Origin: Thermoproteota archaeon
Lineage (GTDB): Archaea; Thermoproteota; EX4484-205; JAAOZP01
Assembly (NCBI GenBank): GCA_038867695.1
Contig: JAWBXT010000001.1
Coordinates: 169 to 64,168, forward strand
Reading direction: 5' to 3'
Length of the DNA stretch: 64,000 bases
Shown here: positions 50,737-59,427 of the stretch, piece after piece
Layout of the letters: every line of letters starts with the position of its first letter
How positions within the stretch are numbered: position 1 is the first letter of the stretch
Position numbers and translations under genes: made by a program
The notes under the pieces: generated by a model
Told to the model about the DNA's origin: nothing
Databases searched by the model: none
The model's input: the letters and a program-made list of their open reading frames with translations, nothing else

Positions 50737-51010
50737 GCTTCTTGCTAAAACTGGTGTCTTTGTAACTGGTTTCAATGAAGTTTACAGACTCGTTCTAAGA
50801 GGAAAACTGGAAGGAGTAATATACGTCTCAAAACTGCCGGAGCCTTATTTGAGGATGCTTAAAAACGCTTTAGAGCTTTCAAAAACTCCGTCAATAGTCT
50901 ATGAGGGCTCTCGAGTATCATTAGGAAAGGCGTTAAGCTTAAAATATCCGGTTGCTGTCTTAGGAATAGTAAATCAAGGGGAATCGAAGATACTGGAGGA
51001 ACATAAGTAG
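50702..51010 (+). CDS. rpl30e: 50S ribosomal protein L30e
   Basis: SRLELLAKTGVFVTGFNEV...VLGIVNQG. ATG 50702 overlaps the rpoA end by 35 nt; the ORF track begins at GTG 50693. Confidence 0.8.
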   Translation: MSEKTSLSSRLELLAKTGVFVTGFNEVYRLVLRGKLEGVIYVSKLPEPYLRMLKNALELSKTPSIVYEGSRVSLGKALSLKYPVAVLGIVNQGESKILEEHK

Positions 51011-51012
51011 AA

Positions 51013-51462
51013 ATGTCGAGTAGGAGCGATGTGAAAACAAGTTGGTCGAATCAAGAATTAAGCTATATCGGTTTCTTCGAAAATGCAACCGGAGCAAGAG
51101 TAGTAGACTGTCTAATAGCAAACAATGATAAAACAGTCTTCTTCATACTTAAACCTGAGGATTTTGAAAGGATCAAGAATAGTTGCAGGATCCTGCTCCA
51201 GCATTTTTCAAAGAGAATAGGTAGAGAAGTGCACGTAATGGGACTCTATGATGATGTTGAAACCTTCCTTAGGCAAGCTCTCCACCCCGTTAAGGTGCTT
51301 AACATACAGATTAATAATGGGACCAAAGGCGGAAGAGTAGCCTATGTGACCGTTAACGATATGGATAAGGGAAGAGCAATAGGTAAAAACGGTTTCAGAA
51401 TACAGGGTATAAGAGAAGTTGCCAAAAGGTATTTTGGCGTAAGCGACGTTAAAATACGCTGA
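51013..51462 (+). CDS. nusA: transcription termination/antitermination factor NusA (archaeal KH-domain form)
   Basis: Two KH modules, including a GKNGFRIQGIREV GxxG loop. Confidence 0.8.
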   Translation: MSSRSDVKTSWSNQELSYIGFFENATGARVVDCLIANNDKTVFFILKPEDFERIKNSCRILLQHFSKRIGREVHVMGLYDDVETFLRQALHPVKVLNIQINNGTKGGRVAYVTVNDMDKGRAIGKNGFRIQGIREVAKRYFGVSDVKIR

Positions 51463-51504
51463 ACCAGGAAGCTTAATAAGTACCTTCTCAAACGAGGCTT
51501 CAGT

Positions 51505-51933
51505 ATGGGGAAAGGAGAATTCGCAGCCAGGAAACTGGTACTCATACGTAAAAAGTTTAGATGGAGCTCTAGGTATTATACTAAGAGGGTTTTAAGGCTT
51601 AAAGAGCTCTATGACCCGCTTGAAGGAGCTCCCATGGCTAGGGGAATAGTCTTGGAGAAGGTCGGAATAGCGAGCAAGCAGCCTAACAGCGCGGTGAGAA
51701 AGTGTGTGAGAGTCCAGTTGATAAAGAACGGGAAGGAGATAACGGCTTTCGTCCCAGAGGATGGGGCTTTAAACTTCATAAACGAAAGGGATGAGGTCAT
51801 TATCGCAGGGATAGGGGGCACATTAGGCAGATCCATGGGGGACATCCCGGGAGTAAGGTATAAGGTCATAAGCGTCAACGGCGTTTCTCTAGATGCGCTT
51901 CTAAGGGGGAAGAAGCAGAAGCCGACGAGGTAA
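51505..51933 (+). CDS. rps12: 30S ribosomal protein S12
   Basis: [27 protein letters not shown]. Confidence 0.9.
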   Translation: MGKGEFAARKLVLIRKKFRWSSRYYTKRVLRLKELYDPLEGAPMARGIVLEKVGIASKQPNSAVRKCVRVQLIKNGKEITAFVPEDGALNFINERDEVIIAGIGGTLGRSMGDIPGVRYKVISVNGVSLDALLRGKKQKPTR

Positions 51934-51959
51934 AACTTTTATAAGCTTAGCTGTAGGCT

Positions 51960-52547
51960 GTGTCCAGCTTGGCTAAGCCTAGCATAGAGTGTAAGGTATT
52001 TGACAAATGGGGTTTCGAAGGGATAGAGGTAAGGGATCCTGGGCTAGCCCAGGTGATTAGCCTCAGACCGGTGAGAATCCCGCATTCTGGAGGTAGACAT
52101 GAGAAGAAGAAATTCTGGAAGTATAATGTTAATATTGTCGAGCGCTTAGTGAACAGGGTAGCACAGACGGCTAGAGCAGGAGGTAGGAAGGCGAAGGCAA
52201 TAAACATCGTTAAGGATGCTTTCGAAATAATAAGCCTTCAAACAGGCAGAAACCCTGTAGAGATTCTCGTTGAAGCACTCGTAAACTCTGCCCCGAGGGA
52301 AGACACTACTAGAGTAAGCTACGGCGGCATAGTCTACTACCAGTCTGTAGACATTTCGCCGGGTAGGAGAGTAGACCTTGCGATAAGAAACATCGTGGAT
52401 GGAGCTAAGATGAAGAGTTTTAAAAACAGGAAGACGATAGCTGAGGCACTCGCCGAAGAAATAATCAACGCCGCTAACAATGACGACTCCAGTTACGCAG
52501 TCTCTAGGAAGAAGGAGCTTGAGAGGCACGCCGAAGCCTCGCGTTAA
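51960..52547 (+). CDS. rps7: 30S ribosomal protein S7
   Basis: uS7 fold (AINIVKDAFEII, RVDLAIRNIV). Confidence 0.9.
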   Translation: MSSLAKPSIECKVFDKWGFEGIEVRDPGLAQVISLRPVRIPHSGGRHEKKKFWKYNVNIVERLVNRVAQTARAGGRKAKAINIVKDAFEIISLQTGRNPVEILVEALVNSAPREDTTRVSYGGIVYYQSVDISPGRRVDLAIRNIVDGAKMKSFKNRKTIAEALAEEIINAANNDDSSYAVSRKKELERHAEASR

Positions 52548-52627
52548 ACCCTAGAGCAATCCTGTCAGCCTTCTACAGGGTTCTCAATACCCTTGGTGAA
52601 AAGCTTATAATCAGAGCCCCGGAATAA

Positions 52628-54064
52628 TTGAATATGGGGGCGTTCCAAGAGAAGTTTGAAAAGGCGGAGACTGCTTTCAATTTTGAAGAAGTTATCCTAC
52701 TACCTGGTTTTTCAGAAATCGAACCCAGGGAGATAGGCCTGAGAACAATGTTTTCGAAAAACATCCAGATAAACATCCCCCTTGTCTCTTCACCGATGGA
52801 TACTGTAACCGAGTCTGAAATGGCAATAGCGCTCGCGAGACACGGTGGAATCGGCGTCGTACATAGGAACTGCTCCGCAGAGGAGGAACTGGAGATGGTT
52901 AAAGCAGTGAAGAGGGCAGAGTCTTTCATAATCAGAGATGTGATAACGATAAACAAGGAGGCTACTGTAGGAGAAGCTGCTGAAATAATGAGGAGACACA
53001 AGATATCGGGGCTCCCCGTTGTTGAGGGCAATAGGCTGATCGGGATAATAACCGGAAGAGATGTGAGGTTTGCAAATCCCTCGATAAGGGTTGAGGAAGC
53101 TATGACTAGGGATGTAGTAGTAGCAAGCCCAAGCGTCACTCCCGAGGAGGCTGTGGAGCTAATGAAAATGCATAGGGTTGAGAAGCTGCCGGTTGTAGAT
53201 GATAACAAGAGGCTCGTTGGACTAATAACCTACAAGGATGTGGCGCTCAGAGGAGAGTATAAGGAGGCTACTAGAGACTCTGAGGGTAGACTGAGGGTTG
53301 CTGCAGCAGTATCCCCGTTCGACATCGACAGGGCCAAGATGCTGGCTAAGCATGCAGATGCTCTAGTAATAGATGTCGCACACTTCCATAATAGGAACGT
53401 TATAGAAGCAACGCGGAAGCTTGTGAAGGAAGTGGCCATAGACATTATAGTCGGGAGCCTGGGTACCAAGCAGGGAGTACTGGACTCGGTATCCAGAATA
53501 GAAAGTGTCGCCGGGCTTAGGGTGGGGATTGGAAGCGGCTCAGCATGTATAACGACGGAGATTACTAGAGCGGGAGCACCCACGCTCTTCGCAGTAGCCC
53601 AGGCTGCAGACGCCCTTGAAGAACTTGGTTTGAAAGTACCGGTGATTGCAGACGGAGGAGTTAGGAACCCAGGGGATGTTGCGCTAGCAATAGCCTTAGG
53701 AGCATCCTGCGCCATGTTGGGATATGTTTTAGCAGGCTGCAAGGAGAGCCCGAGCCCTATGACCATAATAAACGGCAAATACTTCAAGCTGCACAGGGGC
53801 ATGGGCAGCCAGTCGGCGAGGCAGAAGAGAATGGCGTTGGATAGATATGCAACGCTGGCGAAAGAAATACCCGAAGGCACTGAGATCTGGGTGCCCTATC
53901 GCGGAGACGTATCTTCAGTAATAAGCGAATTCGCAGCAGGAATAAGGGCAGCAATGGGCTACGCCGGAGTATCCAACATCGAAGAGTTGAGGAGAAAAGG
54001 GAGGGTAGCGAGAATCATTTCACGGATGGAAAAAAGCACTGTGGGCCAGAGCACTATGGTATAG
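52628..54064 (+). CDS. guaB: inosine-5'-monophosphate dehydrogenase with tandem CBS domains
   Basis: IGSGSACITTE catalytic Cys loop, GGVRNPGD, and a CBS pair in the flap. Confidence 0.9.
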   Translation: MNMGAFQEKFEKAETAFNFEEVILLPGFSEIEPREIGLRTMFSKNIQINIPLVSSPMDTVTESEMAIALARHGGIGVVHRNCSAEEELEMVKAVKRAESFIIRDVITINKEATVGEAAEIMRRHKISGLPVVEGNRLIGIITGRDVRFANPSIRVEEAMTRDVVVASPSVTPEEAVELMKMHRVEKLPVVDDNKRLVGLITYKDVALRGEYKEATRDSEGRLRVAAAVSPFDIDRAKMLAKHADALVIDVAHFHNRNVIEATRKLVKEVAIDIIVGSLGTKQGVLDSVSRIESVAGLRVGIGSGSACITTEITRAGAPTLFAVAQAADALEELGLKVPVIADGGVRNPGDVALAIALGASCAMLGYVLAGCKESPSPMTIINGKYFKLHRGMGSQSARQKRMALDRYATLAKEIPEGTEIWVPYRGDVSSVISEFAAGIRAAMGYAGVSNIEELRRKGRVARIISRMEKSTVGQSTMV

Positions 54065-54347
54065 AATCAAGCATGATATGCGGCATGAGCGCCAAGAAAT
54101 ACGGTGAAGCCTTCAACCTGTGCTTGGCGAAAAAGGGTGTGGAAACCAGAACCAGTAATGATGGTGAATGAGTCAGCCCGTGGTGTCCGAAAGGCGTGCC
54201 GAACGAAAGTGGGAAAGCATAGTCAATGTCGGGAGCTACGCCAAGCATGGTTGCAAGCACTCCGTCGCGAGGCCCGTTGCTCCTAAGCCTTGTTAGAGCA
54301 GCGTAGGTAACTAAGTATCCTGCGAGAGCGTGAACCGACCCTATCAT
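54054..54347 (-). pseudogene. truncated paralog (first 97 aa only) of a YdjM/DUF457-like membrane-bound metal-dependent hydrolase
   Basis: About 70% identical in protein and nucleotide sequence to the N-terminus of the 270-aa ORF at 59428..60240 (MIGSVHALAGYLV...FGHHGLTHSPSLLVL). It ends abruptly, overlapping the guaB stop. Confidence 0.55.
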
Positions 54348-54616
54348 GACTAGCCACCATGTCCCGTTTACTGTTTCAGGCTTGCATAGTGAAGCTAATA
54401 ACTTTCCCTACTGCTCTTACGGGTCTTCCTAAACCTGTTTCCCATCCGCTCTCCCCCCGCCAACCCTGTTTAAGTAGGACCGTTATCTTTCTCTCGAATT
54501 CCCTGCATTTGGGGGAGCTCGCTTTCCACGAGAGGCCCTTTAATCCCCTGAACCCTTACAGATAACCCTAGGGGTATTTGTCTTCTTACATAGGTTTCTG
54601 ATTTAATTGTTTCGGT

Positions 54617-55612
54617 TTAGAGACAAAATATGGGGTCTGGTGCCTTTATGTCGCCGAAGAGTACGTGGGCTGCTTCTCTGCATCCGCCCTTGCATTTTTC
54701 AAGTTTGGGGCAGCCTTCACACATCTCAGGGGTATAGCGCAACTCTTTGAAGCCCCTCACGTATTCTGATGTTTCATAGAGTTCTTTAGGATCTGATTCA
54801 AGGCAGTTACCCAGAACCACTGGAGAATGATTACAAACCTTCAATCCTCCAGAGGGATCTATTGCGCAATGAAGATCCTTTCCTGCCATGCACCCTTCCT
54901 TTAGAAGAAACTTATACTCTCTCAATCCCTCAAGACATGGAGGTGTGGGTGTACCTACGAATGGCGCAATCCCGTATTCTTCACACGCCTCCTCAACTAT
55001 GTTCAGCATCTCCACTAACTCTTTCTCCTTTAGGCTTAGACTTTGCGCATTTCTTAATCCTCTGCCCCCAGGAAGAAACCTGTTAATCAACACAGAATTC
55101 ATATCCATTGAAGCAACTAGAGCTATCGTATCCCTAAGATCACGCAGATTTAGACGATTAACAACGATTACTGCTGACATGGATACACTATAATCCATAA
55201 GCGCTACTATCCCCTCCAAAGCTCTATTGAAGCTACCATTTACTCCCGTAAGCTTTTCATGCGTTTGCTGCAAGCCGTGAATAGAAATCTGCACGACCCT
55301 AAAGTTCTCTGCTATCTCCTTTGCCAGCTTCGCGCAAAGAAGTCCGTTTGTTAAAAGAGAATTCTTGAAACCCTGATCCTTCGAGTATCGCGCTATCTCA
55401 AATATATTTCGGTTTAGAAGAGGTTCTCCACCAGAGAAAGCAAGATTATCTACACCCCATTCTTTAAGCTTGTCGATTATAGTAAAAAAATCCTTTGGTG
55501 GGAGTACCTTCTTCCGAGGGTATCGTTGCGCCTTTGTAGCCCGCCACGGATTATAGCAGAACTTACAGCATAGGTTGCAGGAGTATGCAACCTCGAGTAC
55601 AGCGACCTTCAT
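54617..55612 (-). CDS. radical SAM enzyme with C-terminal SPASM-like Cys-rich domain
   Basis: CNLCCKFC (CxxxCxxC) near the N-terminus, a GGEPLL SAM motif, and a C-terminal Cys cluster (CAIDPSGGLKVCNHS...CEGCPKLEKCKGGC). Confidence 0.8.
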   Translation of the reverse strand: MKVAVLEVAYSCNLCCKFCYNPWRATKAQRYPRKKVLPPKDFFTIIDKLKEWGVDNLAFSGGEPLLNRNIFEIARYSKDQGFKNSLLTNGLLCAKLAKEIAENFRVVQISIHGLQQTHEKLTGVNGSFNRALEGIVALMDYSVSMSAVIVVNRLNLRDLRDTIALVASMDMNSVLINRFLPGGRGLRNAQSLSLKEKELVEMLNIVEEACEEYGIAPFVGTPTPPCLEGLREYKFLLKEGCMAGKDLHCAIDPSGGLKVCNHSPVVLGNCLESDPKELYETSEYVRGFKELRYTPEMCEGCPKLEKCKGGCREAAHVLFGDIKAPDPIFCL

Positions 55613-55614
55613 AC

Positions 55615-55908
55615 TTACTTCCGAAGGGGTTCGAGCTCCTTAAGATGGGTTTCAAAATGTTGAATAGCGGCTTCCCCTATTCTGGAATCAAGCTTCCCTT
55701 CTCTGACAAGAGTTTTTACCAGCTCTATTCTAGCTTTAAAGTATTTTTCCATTAATATTGGCTCCGGGTCAGGGTCAAATAGTGGAAGTGTTTTTCCAGC
55801 TTGCACAGGATCTATCCTATTGCTAACAATTATTTCCCACATAGGAGGCAGATAGCATATAGGAGGCCTAATCCTTATTCTGTCCCAAACGTTTATTTTG
55901 CTGATCAT
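55615..55908 (-). CDS. hypothetical 97-aa protein translationally coupled to the radical SAM gene
   Basis: Its stop at 55615-55617 is 2 nt from the radical SAM ATG at 55612. It has an N-terminal Pro/Trp-rich segment and a C-terminal helical region. Confidence 0.4.
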   Translation of the reverse strand: MISKINVWDRIRIRPPICYLPPMWEIIVSNRIDPVQAGKTLPLFDPDPEPILMEKYFKARIELVKTLVREGKLDSRIGEAAIQHFETHLKELEPLRK

Positions 55909-56552
55909 TTCAACTTTTAGGAAGAGAATCCTCTATTTATATCTTGTGGACTATTTTATTTTATATGGAAAGTAACATTTCTGATGTATACATCTGTAAA
56001 TTAAACAAATTACATTACTATTAAAAACACATCAAAATGTTGTTTTTTAAGCAATAAGGCATGTTTCAAATTCTTATCTACATATAGTAGAACATTATGT
56101 CGAAAAACGACATTATACAGTCTCATATTAATATTTTCTCATCTACCATGAATTATTTAAAGTTCTTTTTCAAATTCACTTCAACCCCTCTTTAAATCAG
56201 CTAATCCTTCCTCCCTTCAATCTTTTATAATCAAAAAGAAGATGGCGTACTACGTGCTAGAGTCTGCTTTTCCGGTTAATTTCAATTTCCAGATTTATAT
56301 GGACTCTATGAAGCGCCCTCGCACCCATCTATTTTAAGTAATGTGTCATAAGGCTTTTAAGCATTCGAAGCGGTTTAGCTAAAAGTGTTGTGGAGATAAG
56401 AAATCCATGCCTCTCTTCTCTAATTGCAGATGTTGATTACCATTTTTTTAGAGAATATTTTGGTGGAGGCTTTACGTCATCGAGTCGCTTAAAGAACGGT
56501 TCAGACCGGAATGTATGTTAAATGATATAGAGTATTATCTAAAGGATTAAAA

Positions 56553-56777
56553 TTAAAGGAGCTTTATGAACTCTTCGACTGTTAAGCCTGCTTGCCTTAT
56601 GATTGCTCTTAGTGTTCCCTTGGTTATTTCCCTATGTTTCGGCACGGTTATCCTTCGATGAGGCTTCTCTTTCTGCCTTAGAATTATGTGGCTTCCAGTC
56701 TGATGGTCAATTTAGTAACCGATTTTAGAAAGTGCTTTAACAACATCCATACCGGAGACTACTGGCAGCTTAGACAT
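56553..56777 (-). pseudogene. hicA: hicA-family (YcfA-like) mRNA-interferase toxin gene with an in-frame TAA at codon 22
   Basis: Reverse-complement translation gives MSKLPVVSGMDVVKALSKIGY*IDHQTGSHIILRQKEKPHRRITVPKHREITKGTLRAIIRQAGLTVEEFIKLL, the canonical HicA motif set. Confidence 0.6.
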
Positions 56778-56928
56778 TAACTTCAACCAGCTCTTCTTCT
56801 ATGGATGGAGGAATCGGTTCATCATGCTTCTTCAAGCTAGCTAAGTAGCCAGCGATAGCATCCTTAATATTTGAGATCAGGGACAAAATTATGAAAAATC
56901 GCGATTATAGAGCTCTTAAACTCAATCA
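56770..56928 (-). pseudogene. hicB: hicB-like antitoxin remnant (frameshifted/deleted), 3' end overlapping hicA start by 8 nt
   Basis: MYFLIEFKSSIIAIFHNFVPDL, then a +1 shift into NIKDAIAGYLASLKKHDEPIPPSIEEELVEVNV, a HicB-like C-terminus. The stop overlaps the hicA ATG (ATGTCTAA). Confidence 0.4.
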
Positions 56929-57900
56929 GGAAATACATATTTCCAGCTTTTTCAGAATTTTTAGTTTCCTAGCAAGTCACTTAGGTATCGATCCTCTCCC
57001 AAAAAGGTTAACTTATTTTAGTCAACTATTTTAACCAGTAATTCAAAAATGGTTGTCAGAAAATTGGCTTGAACTAACAGCATTTATATTTGCCATTATT
57101 TCTTTTCTCTTGAGTCTACTGAAACTTATTTAATATATTCCATATTTCTTCGTCTTTTCTCTTTAGCATATACTAGTGTTTCTATTCTCTTCTTATTCAC
57201 TTTTAATTCTCCTCCCGTCTCTTTACCCACCATGCTATTGTTCCCAAAATAGATATTATGAATATTGATTCAACCAGCTTCTCGGTAAGTGGTTCCTCTG
57301 GAAATGCGAGCCATTCAAATACGATGAAGACCATGGCCATGATTAATAATATCTTAGACCACTTAGCCAATCCAGCTCACCCATGTCCAGTACGCTTAGT
57401 TTTGTTTTTAAGAGAAGCGTCAAAGCATATACCCACTCCTATAAACTTTATGAATGAACAAGGAAAAAATTTCTCGATTAGAAGCAGAAAATAATCCAAG
57501 ATTCTTGCGTGAAACTGAGGATGCTTTAATCTCATTATACGCATCTCCAATTAGAATCCGTGTCCCAATACCTAAACCATCGATTGCTGAAGCCAAGAGT
57601 TTTATTGAACGTCATCCGAATTGAGTGGCTTTCATCAGCGGTATCCTCGCAACAGTTATCGCAGAAATAATTCTTTCCTCTATTCTTCGCATATTATCCT
57701 TCTAATAGGATCTTAGATAAAAAGAGGAACAAAACCTAACTTGGTAAATGTCTCCGGACTAAATCTGAGAACAGGAAAAAGAAGTAACTCTAAAGAGGAT
57801 GCTGCAAGAGGTGAAAAATGATTGGGACTATTGGTTAACATACCATAGGGATTAAAATAGCCTTTAACAAAGCCTTTTCCATCCTTCAAACGCCTTAAAC

Positions 57901-57950
57901 CTTAAATATCCCTCCATGAAGCTATTGGGACAGCAAGGAGGAAAAAAGAA
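57901..57950 (+). promoter_or_regulatory. tuf upstream region: TATA-like CTTAAATAT (57901-57909) and strong Shine-Dalgarno GGAGG (57937-57941) 9 nt before ATG
   Basis: Read directly from the sequence. Confidence 0.35.
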
Positions 57951-59276
57951 ATGAGTTCGTCAAGCAAACCACACTTGAATCTCGTGGTCTGCGGACATGT
58001 GGATCACGGGAAGAGCACAACTACTGGTCACTTGCTTTACTTGACTGGCTACGTTGACGAGAGGAAGATGAGGGAGCTTGAAGCAGAGTCTGCCAAGACT
58101 GGTCTGGGCGATACTTTCAAGTTCGCGTGGGTCCTGGACAAGCTGAAGGAGGAGCGTGAGCGTGGTGTAACCATCGACGCAGCATACGTAAAGTTCGAAA
58201 CTAAGAAATATTACTACACTATTATTGATGCTCCTGGCCATCGTGACTTCGTAAAAAATATGATTACTGGTGCTAGCCAGGCTGATAGTGCTTTGCTGAT
58301 TATCTCTGCGAAGAAGGGTGAGTTTGAGGCTGGTACGAGTCCTGAGGGTCAGACTACTGAGCATGCTTTCCTGCTGTTTACCCTCGGCGTTAGGCAGATT
58401 GTTATCGGTGTTAACAAGATGGATGATCCTTCTGTTAACTGGAGCCAGGATAGGTTTAACGAGGTTAAGAAGAATGTTGAGGATTTGCTGAGGCGTATTG
58501 GTTTCAATCTTGAGAAGAACCCGATTCCGATTATTCCTATTAGCGGCTGGACTGGCGATAATCTTGTTAAGCCTAGTGATAAGATGCCTTGGTACAAGGG
58601 TCCTACTTTGATTGAGGCTCTTGACGCTTTTCAGCCTCCGCCTAGGCCTGTTGACAAGCCTTTGAGGATTCCGCTTCAGCAGGTTTTCACTATTCCTGGT
58701 GTTGGCACTGTTCCCGCTGGCAGGGTTGAGACCGGTGTGTTGAAGCCTAATACTAGGGTTGTTATCAGGCCTCTGGATAAGATTGTTGAGTTGAAGACTA
58801 TTGAGATGCATCACACGCAGCTTGAGAAGGCGGAGCCCGGTGACAATGTCGGTATGGCCATTAAGGGTGTTTCTAAACAGGAGTTGAGGAGGGGCATGGT
58901 TATGGGTTATCCTGATAACCCGCCGACTGTTGCTAAGTCTTTCGTAGGCAGGATTATTGTTATTAGGCATCCTACTGCTATCGCCGCCGGCTATACTCCT
59001 GTGCTCCACGTGCATACTGAGCAGGTTGCCTGCACTTTCGAGGAGCTTCAGAAGAAGATTGATCCTCGTACTGGCGCGGTTATTCAGGAGAAGCCTGATT
59101 TCCTGAAAACCGGTGACGCCGCTATCGTGAAGTTTAGGCCCTTAAGGCCTATTGCGATTGAAGTATATTCTGAGTTCCCCCAGTTGGGTAGGTTTGCAAT
59201 CAGAGACATGGGCATGACTATCGCCGCAGGCATCGTTACGGAGATTCCTGAGAAGGTTCCTTTCGAAGCTAAATAG
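57951..59276 (+). CDS. tuf: translation elongation factor 1-alpha
   Basis: GHVDHGKST, DAPGH, NKMD and SGW G-domain motifs in a 441-aa protein. A T-rich terminator-like tract follows at 59290-59310. Confidence 0.95.
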   Translation: MSSSSKPHLNLVVCGHVDHGKSTTTGHLLYLTGYVDERKMRELEAESAKTGLGDTFKFAWVLDKLKEERERGVTIDAAYVKFETKKYYYTIIDAPGHRDFVKNMITGASQADSALLIISAKKGEFEAGTSPEGQTTEHAFLLFTLGVRQIVIGVNKMDDPSVNWSQDRFNEVKKNVEDLLRRIGFNLEKNPIPIIPISGWTGDNLVKPSDKMPWYKGPTLIEALDAFQPPPRPVDKPLRIPLQQVFTIPGVGTVPAGRVETGVLKPNTRVVIRPLDKIVELKTIEMHHTQLEKAEPGDNVGMAIKGVSKQELRRGMVMGYPDNPPTVAKSFVGRIIVIRHPTAIAAGYTPVLHVHTEQVACTFEELQKKIDPRTGAVIQEKPDFLKTGDAAIVKFRPLRPIAIEVYSEFPQLGRFAIRDMGMTIAAGIVTEIPEKVPFEAK

Positions 59277-59427
59277 TTTCAGTTTTAAACGCTTTTTATT
59301 TTTACATCCTCCTTTTAGTGTCTATTATGCATTTTTCAACATTATCTCTTGCCTCCAACCTTGGATATTTTTGGTTTCAACGCAAATTATTTATGTCCTC
59401 GGGGGCGACCCTAAGGGCATCTGACCG

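Noticed and set aside
54359-54616. GC-richer 250-nt spacer between the hydrolase stump and the radical SAM gene as a structured ncRNA (SRP RNA, RNase P RNA or C/D sRNA), or the 68-aa Pro-rich ORF 54359-54565
   Set aside because: No RUGAUGA/CUGA box pairs, no RNase P or SRP conserved motifs, and no convincing long-range helices by eye. The ORF is low-complexity with no start context. This was left unassigned.
57258-57494. 78-aa ORF in the AT-rich desert
   Set aside because: Ser/Asn-rich low-complexity translation with no motif or neighbours. More likely a chance frame in decayed DNA.
57960-59015. 351-aa minus-strand ORF
   Set aside because: It is entirely antisense to the high-confidence tuf gene and is Arg/Asn/Leu-rich nonsense sequence, an artefact of tuf codon bias.
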